Made by a program: the position numbers and the translations under genes. Shown here piece by piece: positions 8,506-17,889 of a stretch of 24,000 nucleotides of DNA. Every line of letters begins with the position of its first letter. Position 1 is the first letter of the stretch. The DNA is from an uncultured Flavobacteriaceae bacterium (GTDB lineage: Bacteria > Bacteroidota > Bacteroidia > Flavobacteriales > Flavobacteriaceae), in contig CALSTV010000001.1 of the NCBI GenBank assembly GCA_943789365.1, forward strand, positions 3,037,343 through 3,061,342. Reading direction: 5' to 3'. A model generated the notes under the pieces. The model worked only from the letters and a program-made list of their open reading frames with translations. It was not told the origin of the DNA and ran no database searches.

Positions 8506-9618
8506 CTATACTCCATAACTTCGATCCCAATCTTTCCATACTACCTCATATCCTTGAGATTGAATCATTTCTTTTATTTGTGCAGTGTTTCGCTCATCAG
8601 ATATTTCAAATTGCTCTAAAGATTGTGGGTCCACAGCGTAACCACCAGGATTTGTTTTAGATTCAGCACTTATCGAGGTAATTCCAAGTTTGATGATGTT
8701 GTTTCTAAAAACCTCACTTTCCCGAGTCGACATTGACAATTCTACATCTTCATCTAACATGCGATAGGCACAAATGAGTTGTACCAAGTCGGCATCTGTC
8801 ATGGCTACTTTTGGTTGTACTTCGCCTTGATGCGGCCTGAGTCTTGGAAATGAAATTGAATACTTGGTTTTCCAATAGGTTTTTTGAAGGTATTTGAGAT
8901 GTAAGGCTGTATAAAAACTGTCTACGCGCCAATCTTCTAGACCAAACAAAGCGCCCAGTCCAATTTTATGAATCCCTGCTTTTCCTAATCTGTCAGGTGT
9001 GTCTAAGCGATAATCAAAATTAGATTTTTTTCCTTTTGGATGATGTGTTTTGTAAGTAGCTTTATGATACGTCTCTTGATACACTAAAACAGAGTACAAC
9101 CCGGCTTCAATTAGTGCTTCATATTCGTTTTGATCAAGAGGTTGTACTTCAATGGTGATGTTTGAAAACTGTGAACGAATCAATTCTATGGCGTGTTTTA
9201 AATAGGAAACGCCAACAGTTCTATTCGCTTCACCTGTGACCAGTAGAATATGATCATACCCTAAGGATTTGATATGCGAAACTTCTTCTAAAATTTCTTT
9301 GTCACTAAGTGTTTTTCGCTTTATTTTATTAGTCATGCTAAACCCGCAATACGTACAAATATTCTGACATTCATTGGAAAGATACATGGGGATGTACATT
9401 TGAATAGTGTTGCCAAATCTCTTTTTTGTCAATGCCTGACTGCGTTGCGCCATTTGTTCAATAAATGGTTTAGCAGCAGGTGAAATGAGCACCTTGAAAT
9501 CGTCTAAGTCAATTCTGTCTTTTCTAAGGGTAGCCACAACTTCATCTCTCGAAACAGCGTAAATGTCTTTTTCTAAAGAATCCCAATCGTATGTTTCAAA
9601 TGTATGCTTAAAGGACAT
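8506..9618 (-). CDS. thiH: 2-iminoacetate synthase ThiH (radical SAM tyrosine lyase)
   Basis: 370 aa, radical-SAM motif CQNICTYCGF, last gene of the thi operon. Confidence 0.92.
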   Translation of the reverse strand: MSFKHTFETYDWDSLEKDIYAVSRDEVVATLRKDRIDLDDFKVLISPAAKPFIEQMAQRSQALTKKRFGNTIQMYIPMYLSNECQNICTYCGFSMTNKIKRKTLSDKEILEEVSHIKSLGYDHILLVTGEANRTVGVSYLKHAIELIRSQFSNITIEVQPLDQNEYEALIEAGLYSVLVYQETYHKATYKTHHPKGKKSNFDYRLDTPDRLGKAGIHKIGLGALFGLEDWRVDSFYTALHLKYLQKTYWKTKYSISFPRLRPHQGEVQPKVAMTDADLVQLICAYRMLDEDVELSMSTRESEVFRNNIIKLGITSISAESKTNPGGYAVDPQSLEQFEISDERNTAQIKEMIQSQGYEVVWKDWDRSYGV

Positions 9619-9639
9619 ATTCTTTTTGTTTTTCGGGTA

Positions 9640-10413
9640 TTAGTTGTTTAAAAATGATGTCAGAGGACTACTAGCCTCAGCGTGCGTTTTTATGGATGCC
9701 AATTTTGCATTGAATCCAATTCGCCCTGCTTGTACCGCCATTTTAAAGGCTATGGCCATTTCTACAGGATTCTGTGATACGGCAATTGCTGTGTTTACCA
9801 AAACGGCGTCCGCGCCTAACTCCATTGCATAGGCGGCATGAGAAGGACTTCCAATACCAGCATCTACTATTACTGGTACGTTGCTTTGTTCTATGATAAT
9901 CTCTAAAAAGTCAGCTGTTTTTAGTCCTTTGTTTGTGCCTATGGGAGCGCCTAAAGGCATAACACATTGGGTTCCGACTTCTTCCAAGCGTTTACACAAT
10001 ACAGGGTCTGCATGGATATATGGCATAACAACAAAACCTAATTTTACCAATTCTTCCGCTGCCTTTAAAGTTTCTATAGGATCTGGTAAAAGGTATTTAG
10101 GGTCTGGATGGATTTCCAATTTAATCCAATTTGTTTCTAAGGCTTCTCTTGCGAGCTGAGCAGCAAAAATAGCTTCTTTGGCATTGCGAACTCCAGAAGT
10201 GTTTGGTAGTAAATTAATATGAGGTTTTTTAATGCTTTGTAACATTTTATCCTGTTCATTTTCAATGTCAACACGCTTTAAAGCCACCGTTATTAACTCA
10301 CTTTCACTTGCCAAAAGTGCAGATGACATCAATTCGTTTGAACTAAACTTTCCAGTCCCTGTAAAGAGTCTTGAGTTAAATTCTTTGTCGGCTATTTTTA
10401 ATATATCATTCAT
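9640..10413 (-). CDS. thiG: Thiazole synthase ThiG
   Basis: 257 aa TIM-barrel protein with the blocks [31 protein letters not shown] and VDAGIG. Confidence 0.95.
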   Translation of the reverse strand: MNDILKIADKEFNSRLFTGTGKFSSNELMSSALLASESELITVALKRVDIENEQDKMLQSIKKPHINLLPNTSGVRNAKEAIFAAQLAREALETNWIKLEIHPDPKYLLPDPIETLKAAEELVKLGFVVMPYIHADPVLCKRLEEVGTQCVMPLGAPIGTNKGLKTADFLEIIIEQSNVPVIVDAGIGSPSHAAYAMELGADAVLVNTAIAVSQNPVEMAIAFKMAVQAGRIGFNAKLASIKTHAEASSPLTSFLNN

Positions 10414-10420
10414 TTTTTTA

Positions 10421-10447
10421 GAAGTTAAGGACTGTAGAAGTTAAGGA
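10421..10447 (+). repeat. Direct repeat GAAGTTAAGGA x2 with a 5-nt spacer, in the thiE-thiG spacer
   Basis: Exact 11-mers at 10421-10431 and 10437-10447, followed by GTTAA. The adjacent sequence up to the thiG ATG reads, on the coding strand, TTCTAAAAAAATG, which is identical to the 13 nt ending in the thiE ATG at 11144. Confidence 0.6.
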
Positions 10448-10484
10448 GTTAAATTGGTACTTTGTTCCATGCTTCTATGTCTTA

Positions 10485-11144
10485 TTATAGTTTGTTTTTA
10501 GTGTCATCTAACCTATATACCTGTTCATTCGTAGCAGGAGCCTTTAAGACGTTGTTGATTTTTGAAATGGAATTAAAGTCTTTTGTAATAGCTCCTGACA
10601 TGGCAACGCCATGTATTCCTGTCATAATGATATCCAGTACATCTTCTTTTTCAATACCACCAATTGCAACGATAGGGGTGTCTGTTTTCAATTCTTCAAG
10701 TATGGTAAGGTAGCCATTGATACCTAAGACCGGACTTAAATTCTTTTTAGTTGTTGTGAAACGAAAAGGGCCAAGTCCAATATAATCTACATTTTTATTG
10801 ATTAATGTTGTACAGTCTTGTAAAGTGTTAGCCGTACCTCCAATGATTTGCCAAGAGTACAAATGTTTTCTGGCTGTAGTTGGACAGCTGTCTGATTTTC
10901 CTAAATGAACACCATCTGCCTTTACCTCTTTGGCAATTTTATAGTGGTCATTGATAATCAATCTTGTTTGGAAATGTCCTGTGATTTCACGTGCTTCAAT
11001 GGCAGCCTTTAAAATTTTCTTTTCGGAATAGTTTTTCAATCGCAGTTGCACCAATTCAGCGCCAGACTGACAAGCTTGCTGTATGTTTTCAAGATGCTCT
11101 TTTACGGTATCGCCTTGTGAGATGTAATGTAGTTTGTTTATCAT
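10485..11144 (-). CDS. thiE: Thiamine-phosphate synthase ThiE
   Basis: 219 aa with LHYISQG, VQLRLK, INDH, DGVHLG, GGTANT, YIGLGPFRFTTTK and AIGGI, the canonical ThiE blocks. Confidence 0.9.
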   Translation of the reverse strand: MINKLHYISQGDTVKEHLENIQQACQSGAELVQLRLKNYSEKKILKAAIEAREITGHFQTRLIINDHYKIAKEVKADGVHLGKSDSCPTTARKHLYSWQIIGGTANTLQDCTTLINKNVDYIGLGPFRFTTTKKNLSPVLGINGYLTILEELKTDTPIVAIGGIEKEDVLDIIMTGIHGVAMSGAITKDFNSISKINNVLKAPATNEQVYRLDDTKNKL

Positions 11145-11162
11145 TTTTTTAGAATTCAGTAA

Positions 11163-11180
11163 TTAAGGAGTTAAGGAGTT
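11163..11180 (+). repeat. Tandem TTAAGGAG x2; left arm of the inverted repeat around the four-helix-bundle remnant
   Basis: ttaaggagttaaggagtt. The 11-mer AAGGAGTTAAG at 11165-11175 is the exact reverse complement of 11356-11366. Confidence 0.65.
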
Positions 11181-11366
11181 CAGTAGGTTTAGGGCTTTTC
11201 GTTTGTTAAAATGCTTTTGCAATAACTATTTAATAATTTACTATCTTCTTTAGGAAACGACTTACTTAAGTTGTAAATTTCTAAAACAAATTGGTGGCCT
11301 TTTTGCCAAACGATTAAATCTTGAAATGTGTTCGTTTTTTTCATAGTGAATTATTCTTAACTCCTT
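11165..11366 (-). other. Inverted-repeat-bounded cassette of about 200 bp carrying a four-helix-bundle gene remnant (IVS-like insertion in the thi operon)
   Basis: A perfect 11-bp inverted repeat (11165-11175 / 11356-11366), with further degenerate copies on both sides, encloses the 51-codon remnant ORF. This junction is 196 nt; the other thi junctions are 3-112 nt. Confidence 0.45.
11189..11344 (-). pseudogene. Truncated four-helix-bundle protein gene (23S rRNA intervening-sequence protein family), N-terminal ~40% only
   Basis: Hand translation gives MKKTNTFQDLIVWQKGHQFVLEIYNLSKSFPKEDSKLLNSYCKSILTNEKP*. The segment F-DL-VWQK-----V-EIY-L---FPKE(E/D) is the hallmark N-terminus of the roughly 115-125 aa family, but this ORF stops at 51 aa and the second helix is garbled. 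Its ATG overlaps the thiD stop (ATGA). It is below the ORF-track size cutoff. Confidence 0.6.
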
Positions 11367-12147
11367 CATTCTTAACTCCTAAATTGTTAATCCTTAAACA
11401 TGCATGTGTTCCTAATAAAGAATCATGAGAATTTAAGAAGGTCTCGGTATATTGTTTTGTATGCATTGCAAGTTCTTCAAAATCAAGATTTTTGGCCAAG
11501 TTACAGGCTAGACTCGCTGACAAAACACAACCACTTCCGTGTTTTTTATGAATCTGCTCAGCTTTAGGAGGAATATTCAGCATCACAATACCACTATGAT
11601 ACAACTCATCCCAACCTCTTTTATCCGTTCTGTGTCCTCCTTTTAAATAGATGTTCGTTTTGCTTGCAATATGTTCAAGGGTATCTTCAATAGTTAATAC
11701 AGGATATAAACTTTGGATTTCATCATAATTGGGTGTGATGATAAAACATTGTTTCCAAATTTTATCTAGCAACGCTTGGTTCTCTTTTGAATGAAAATCA
11801 AAACCAGCACTCGCTTTAAAAATGGGGTCAAGAACTATTTTAATTTCAGCGTTTAATTCATGAAGCTTATCTAATATAAGAGATAAATCCTTCCAACTTT
11901 GTACAATACCAATTTTGACAACTGAAATTTCAAAACGCTCAAAGAGTGTTTCTATTTGAGCTAATATGATATTCACATCCGTCCAAATACATTGCTTAAA
12001 GGCGATGTCATTTTGAACTGTTATTGCTGTGCAAACACTCAAACCATAAAGGCCATGTGCCTCAAATGTTTTGATATCTGAGGTGATACCGGCACCACTT
12101 GATGGATCGTGCCCTGCAATTGTAAGTATGTATGAATGGTCAGTCAT
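11341..12147 (-). CDS. thiD: Hydroxymethylpyrimidine/phosphomethylpyrimidine kinase ThiD, with a repeat-derived C-terminal tail
   Basis: 268 aa, ribokinase-like, with AGHDPSSGAGITSD, KIGIV, DPIF, ITPNYDE, YLKGGH and HGSGCVLSAS. The last ~20 aa (..CLRINNLGVKNEGVKNNSL) are encoded by the CTTAACTCC repeats. Confidence 0.9.
   Translation of the reverse strand: MTDHSYILTIAGHDPSSGAGITSDIKTFEAHGLYGLSVCTAITVQNDIAFKQCIWTDVNIILAQIETLFERFEISVVKIGIVQSWKDLSLILDKLHELNAEIKIVLDPIFKASAGFDFHSKENQALLDKIWKQCFIITPNYDEIQSLYPVLTIEDTLEHIASKTNIYLKGGHRTDKRGWDELYHSGIVMLNIPPKAEQIHKKHGSGCVLSASLACNLAKNLDFEELAMHTKQYTETFLNSHDSLLGTHACLRINNLGVKNEGVKNNSL
11354..11397 (-). repeat. Right arm of the inverted repeat: CTTAACTCC x2 plus a degenerate third copy, inside the thiD 3' end
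   Basis: Plus strand has cttaactcc at 11356-11364 and 11371-11379, and taatccttaa at 11388-11397. This is the inverted orientation relative to 11163-11180. Confidence 0.6.
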
Positions 12148-12150
12148 TTA

Positions 12151-12744
12151 TTATTGTTCGAAATAATTTTTTATCAATTGAAAATCTGTTACTGGTGTTC
12201 TACTATTCCATACACCTCCTAAAACGCCAACACCTTTATATCCTAATTGTTCAAACTGACTGAGGTTTTCGCTGGTAGCTCCACCCATACCAACAATAGT
12301 TTTTTCAATATGGTTTACGTCAAACCCGCGCCCCTCGTAACCATTTTTAGAAATAGAAGAAAAGACAGGACTTAGTAGATGATAATCAAATTCAAAACTA
12401 CACTGTGCTAATTCTTCAGGTTCATGAAAAGACGAGCTAATTGTCTTGCCAAACATATTATTTAGTTTTGTAAAATAATCACTCGGTGTGTCTAGACAAT
12501 CACGTCTTTTTTGTTCCTGAAAATGAATGCCTTTTAAATTGTATTCATTTACCAATTCATGGAAATAATGTACAACAATTCTATTGTGGTATTTGTTATC
12601 AATTTGATTCAAGTAATCACAATGTTCTTGATAGTTTAGATGCGGTTTTCGTAAATGATAATATGCTAAACCAGCTTCGAAAAGCTGATTTAGAATTGCT
12701 ACTTCATTTTGCATTGTATGCTCAGGTGCTATTAAAACTATCAT
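12151..12744 (-). CDS. ThiE/TenI-family protein (second, divergent thiamine-phosphate synthase-like paralog)
   Basis: 197 aa with YYHLRKP, VVHYFHEL, GIHF, SSSFH, DYHLLSPVF and GMGG. The TMP-synthase/TenI fold is recognisable, but it is much more divergent than the copy at 10485-11144. Confidence 0.75.
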   Translation of the reverse strand: MIVLIAPEHTMQNEVAILNQLFEAGLAYYHLRKPHLNYQEHCDYLNQIDNKYHNRIVVHYFHELVNEYNLKGIHFQEQKRRDCLDTPSDYFTKLNNMFGKTISSSFHEPEELAQCSFEFDYHLLSPVFSSISKNGYEGRGFDVNHIEKTIVGMGGATSENLSQFEQLGYKGVGVLGGVWNSRTPVTDFQLIKNYFEQ

Positions 12745-12791
12745 AATTAGAATTAATAATTACACAACCTTAATTTAGATTGCTAATTGAC

Positions 12792-14654
<1,863 letters not shown>

Positions 14655-14763
14655 TTAACTTGTATTTGGTGATTACGAGCAAGTAAATAGGACTTGCAAT
14701 TTATACTATGTTTTATATCTGTTTCAAAATTTAATACCTGAAATATCTTTGATTATCAATTGG

Positions 14764-14964
14764 TTACCCTCCTTGGGTTGCTTGAATTATTAAAATTTCA
14801 TCGTTTTCTAGAAGCGTTTTTTGTCCCCAATGCTCTTTCGAAACAATTTCTTCATTAATTGCGACGGCAATTCCATTTTGGGTGTGTTCTAATGACAAAA
14901 GTAAATCTTCGATAGTCGAGTTATCTGAAATTTCTTTTTGTATGTTGTTTACGCGTATGTTCAT
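14764..14964 (-). CDS. thiS: Sulfur carrier protein ThiS
   Basis: 66 aa, ubiquitin-like, ending in ...ATQGG; first gene after the TPP riboswitch. Confidence 0.9.
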   Translation of the reverse strand: MNIRVNNIQKEISDNSTIEDLLLSLEHTQNGIAVAINEEIVSKEHWGQKTLLENDEILIIQATQGG

Positions 14965-15047
14965 TCTTATTACATTTAGCGAAAACTCAGGGTGGTTCTA
15001 TGAAGATAAGATTTATATGATTACACATCAAACATAAATCTATACTG

Positions 15048-15130
15048 CTACTTTTTCCTACGTAAGTGCTAACTTATTCAGGTTCAAAGGGTAATTCTCA
15101 GTTCGCCTCTGGCAAACACCCCTAAAGTTT
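15048..15130 (-). promoter_or_regulatory. TPP (THI-box) riboswitch aptamer
   Basis: Minus strand reads ACUUUAGGGGUGUUUGCCAGAGGCGAACUGAGAAUUACCCUUUGAACCUGAAUAAGUUAGCACUUACGUAGGAAAAAGU. It contains the conserved GGGGUG, CUGAGA, ACCCUUUGAACCUGA and ACGUAGGAA blocks, and a P1 pairing ACUUU/AAAGU (15128-15124 with 15054-15050). It sits directly upstream of thiS. Confidence 0.92.
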
Positions 15131-15136
15131 TCGTTA

Positions 15137-15144
15137 CAAATATA
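15137..15144 (-). promoter_or_regulatory. Candidate -7 promoter box TATATTTG for the thi operon
   Basis: Plus strand reads caaatata, so the minus strand reads TATATTTG, ending about 8 nt before the riboswitch P1. I saw no clear -33 TTG. Confidence 0.45.
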
Positions 15145-15259
15145 TTCTTTTTTTTGTTAGTTCTGCATTTTATATACGAGGAATTTGTAATACCTATATT
15201 GTGTTTTTTTTAGGAGAATTTATTCTGTATTTTAGGGACGAATTTAAAATAAGTGATAC

Positions 15260-16186
15260 ATGTCTATTTTGTCTAGAGTTTTTTTTGTGATTGTATGTTT
15301 AGTAATAAGTAAGACTACATGCAGGTCTCAAAATATTGATGTACAATTGGTGAAGAAACATTTGTACACATTGGCGGATGATGAAATGGAGGGTAGAAAA
15401 GCAGGAACGCCTGGCATCGAAAAAGCCGCTCAGTATATTGAAGGTGAATTTCAAAAGTTGGGATTAAAAACATTTCAGGACGCAGATAATTATCGTCAAT
15501 CGTTTGAAAAAGAAGGGCTTGAGTTGTTTAATGTTGTTGGAGTACTTGAGGGGAAGGAAAAAAAAGATGAGTTTGTAGTGGTCTCCGCCCATTACGATCA
15601 TTTGGGGATTTTGAAAGCAGTCAATGGCGATAGTATTGCCAATGGAGCAGATGATGACGCTTCAGGAGTTACCGCAGTATTAACCTTAGCAAAATATTTT
15701 AAAGATAAAGATAACAATGCGAGATCTATTGTTTTTGTGGCTTTTACCGCAGAAGAAAAGGGACTATGGGGGTCGAATTATTTTGGCACACAGGTCAATC
15801 CAGATGAAATTGTTGCGGGAATCAATATAGAAATGATAGGAAAAGATTCAAAATTTGGCCCGAAAACGGCTTTTTTAACAGGATTTGAACGTTCTGATTT
15901 TGGCGAAATTATTCAAAAGAATCTCAAAGGAACAGATTATAAATTGTTCCCAGACCCTTATAAGGAGTTTCAATTATTTTATAGGTCAGACAATGCTTCA
16001 TTGGCCAGATTGGGTATTCCAGCACATACGTTTTCAACCTGTCCTATCGATAAAGATGTCTATTATCACACGGTAGATGATGAGGTAGAAACGTTAGACG
16101 TGGGGACTATTACCGAAACGATTAGAGCCATTGCCGTGGGTACAAGGTCTATAATTGATGGCTCGACAACGCCGTCAAGGTTATAA
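15260..16186 (+). CDS. M28 family zinc aminopeptidase, secreted
   Basis: 308 aa with an N-terminal signal peptide. M28 metal-ligand blocks are present: SAHYDHLG, GADDDASG, FTAEEKGLWGS, IEMIG and YHTVDD. Confidence 0.85.
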   Translation: MSILSRVFFVIVCLVISKTTCRSQNIDVQLVKKHLYTLADDEMEGRKAGTPGIEKAAQYIEGEFQKLGLKTFQDADNYRQSFEKEGLELFNVVGVLEGKEKKDEFVVVSAHYDHLGILKAVNGDSIANGADDDASGVTAVLTLAKYFKDKDNNARSIVFVAFTAEEKGLWGSNYFGTQVNPDEIVAGINIEMIGKDSKFGPKTAFLTGFERSDFGEIIQKNLKGTDYKLFPDPYKEFQLFYRSDNASLARLGIPAHTFSTCPIDKDVYYHTVDDEVETLDVGTITETIRAIAVGTRSIIDGSTTPSRL

Positions 16187-16285
16187 AAATTTAGGAATGA
16201 AAGTGTTTCGAATTATTGAGTGTTTTGAATCCCCCCTCTTTACTATCTTTTAGAATTAAGGTTTTGTAAGTTTTTATAAGTAAGG

Positions 16286-17434
16286 ATGGAAAAATTTAAT
16301 AGAATAAATTATGCAATAAGAGTAGCTTCTCTTTTTTACCTCCTTGGATTGTTGATGTCCTTTAAGTTGTGGTTGCCTGTGAGAGGATTTCCAAAAACCC
16401 CGGTGTTTTATGTGTTGAAAGAGCTATTGTTCGTAGAATATATTTGTTTTGTGCTACTGCTAGTTGCACTATTTTTGAACATCCTTAAACCTAGGAAGCT
16501 TTTTTCTATAGGTATTGTTTTATCTACTTTGTGGTTGGTGTTATTTGATCAATTGCGTTTGCAACCATGGGTATATATGTATTTTGTTTTTTTTGTGGTT
16601 TTTGTTGTTTTTCATTTAGATGAGGGCCATAAAAGAAAAAATAACAGTTTCTTGTTTTTAAGAATATTCATTATTGGTCAATACATTTGGGCTGGAATTC
16701 ATAAATTCAACACGGCATTTATAGAAAAGATATATTTTAATATGGTGGGGTATTTTTTAGGAAACGATGCTTTGACGGAGTTTCCTGTTTTAATGGATAT
16801 CGGGTATGCAATTCCTTTCCTTGAAATTAGTATTGGTCTGTCTCTCTTTCTTCCCAAGTTTCGGACCTATGCACTCGTATTCGCAACAATCATGCATTGT
16901 TTTATTTTATTGTATTTGAGTCCTTTCGTAAGTAATTGGAATTCGGTAGTGTACCCTTGGAATATTGCCATGATAGCGTTGAATTGGCTTGTGTTTTACA
17001 AGCAAGAAGATGCCGTATTTGCTGTTTTTAGTTCGAGGCTAAGGACCAAGGTATTTGCCGTTTCTTTTATCGTATTAGTTTATTGTTTACCCGTGTTGAG
17101 TTTTTTTGGGTACTGGGACCAATACCTTTCTTTTTCTTTGTATTCAGGGAAAATGGATAAAATGATTGTTTTGATGGATAAAAAGGTGACTAATAATTTA
17201 TCTGAAACAGTCCAGCAGTATTGCGTGTCAGAGAAAAAATACGATAAGATAAATATAAATGATTGGTGTTATAAAGAACTGAATATTCCGATTGTTGCAG
17301 AAAGAAGAGTATTTAAGAAACTGGCAGCTAAGTTTTGTTATTATCAAAAATACGGGAAGGTATCTATTCGAGAATATCCATGGCAAAAAAAAGGAGAAAA
17401 CTATATTTCTTTCAAATGTCCTACAGAGAACTAG
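16286..17434 (+). CDS. Polytopic membrane protein of unknown function with a C-terminal four-Cys soluble domain
   Basis: 382 aa with about 9 predicted TM helices across residues ~10-280. One helix, FLFLRIFIIGQYIWAGIHKF, resembles the DoxX/MauE-type motif. The ~100 aa hydrophilic tail has Cys at YCVSEK, DWCYKE, KFCYYQ and SFKC. I do not securely recognise a family. Confidence 0.55.
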   Translation: MEKFNRINYAIRVASLFYLLGLLMSFKLWLPVRGFPKTPVFYVLKELLFVEYICFVLLLVALFLNILKPRKLFSIGIVLSTLWLVLFDQLRLQPWVYMYFVFFVVFVVFHLDEGHKRKNNSFLFLRIFIIGQYIWAGIHKFNTAFIEKIYFNMVGYFLGNDALTEFPVLMDIGYAIPFLEISIGLSLFLPKFRTYALVFATIMHCFILLYLSPFVSNWNSVVYPWNIAMIALNWLVFYKQEDAVFAVFSSRLRTKVFAVSFIVLVYCLPVLSFFGYWDQYLSFSLYSGKMDKMIVLMDKKVTNNLSETVQQYCVSEKKYDKININDWCYKELNIPIVAERRVFKKLAAKFCYYQKYGKVSIREYPWQKKGENYISFKCPTEN

Positions 17435-17523
17435 GAATAAACTAATTGAGGTTTTTAACAAGAATTTGCTGCTAATTTTAGATTTCGTATCTTCATTCCT
17501 AGATTGCATATCAAATTTATTTT

Positions 17524-17877
17524 ATGGCGTATAACGAATATTTAGCAGAACGAGTTGCGCGCTTTTTTACAGATTCAAAAACGCAATTTCGCGGAATGAA
17601 AATGATGGGAGGCTATTGTTTTATGGTGGAAGAAAAAATGTGTGTAGGGGTGGTTCGAGATGAATTGATGGCGAGAATTGGTACATATAATTACGAAGCA
17701 GCACTTCAAAAGGAAGGTTGCAAAGAAATGAATTTTACAGGACGAGCTATGAGGGGGTATGTGTTTCTAACGGAGGACGCTACGGATTTAGATACTGATT
17801 TGGAGTATTGGTTGCAATTAGCACTAGATTTTAACCCTTTGGCAAAAGCTTCAAAAAAAAGAAAATCAAAATTATAA
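17524..17877 (+). CDS. TfoX/Sxy N-terminal-domain family protein
   Basis: 117 aa. The pattern MAYNEYLAERV...MKMMGGYCFMVEEKMCVGVV.DELMARIG...MNFTGRAMRGYVF with a basic C-terminus matches the stand-alone TfoX_N proteins common in Bacteroidota, as I remember them. Confidence 0.6.
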   Translation: MAYNEYLAERVARFFTDSKTQFRGMKMMGGYCFMVEEKMCVGVVRDELMARIGTYNYEAALQKEGCKEMNFTGRAMRGYVFLTEDATDLDTDLEYWLQLALDFNPLAKASKKRKSKL

Positions 17878-17889
17878 CCCCCGAAAACT

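Noticed and set aside
11163-11225. TTAAGGAGTTAAGGAGTT on the plus strand looks like tandem Shine-Dalgarno sites.
   Set aside because: The nearest plus-strand ATG (11211) opens only a 4-codon ORF, and the region is transcribed on the minus strand as part of the thi operon. The motif is better explained as a repeat or inverted-repeat arm.
14679-14697. 6-bp hairpin GCAAGT-aaatagg-ACTTGC in the 112-nt thiS-thiC spacer, a possible internal terminator or attenuator.
   Set aside because: The stem is short and has no U-tract on the transcribed (minus) strand, so it is not distinguishable from chance.
17431-17502. 8-bp inverted repeat CTAGGAAT / ATTCCTAG with a 56-nt loop, downstream of the membrane protein gene.
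   Set aside because: The long loop, lack of a T-tract and AT-rich context make the evidence for a terminator or operator weak.
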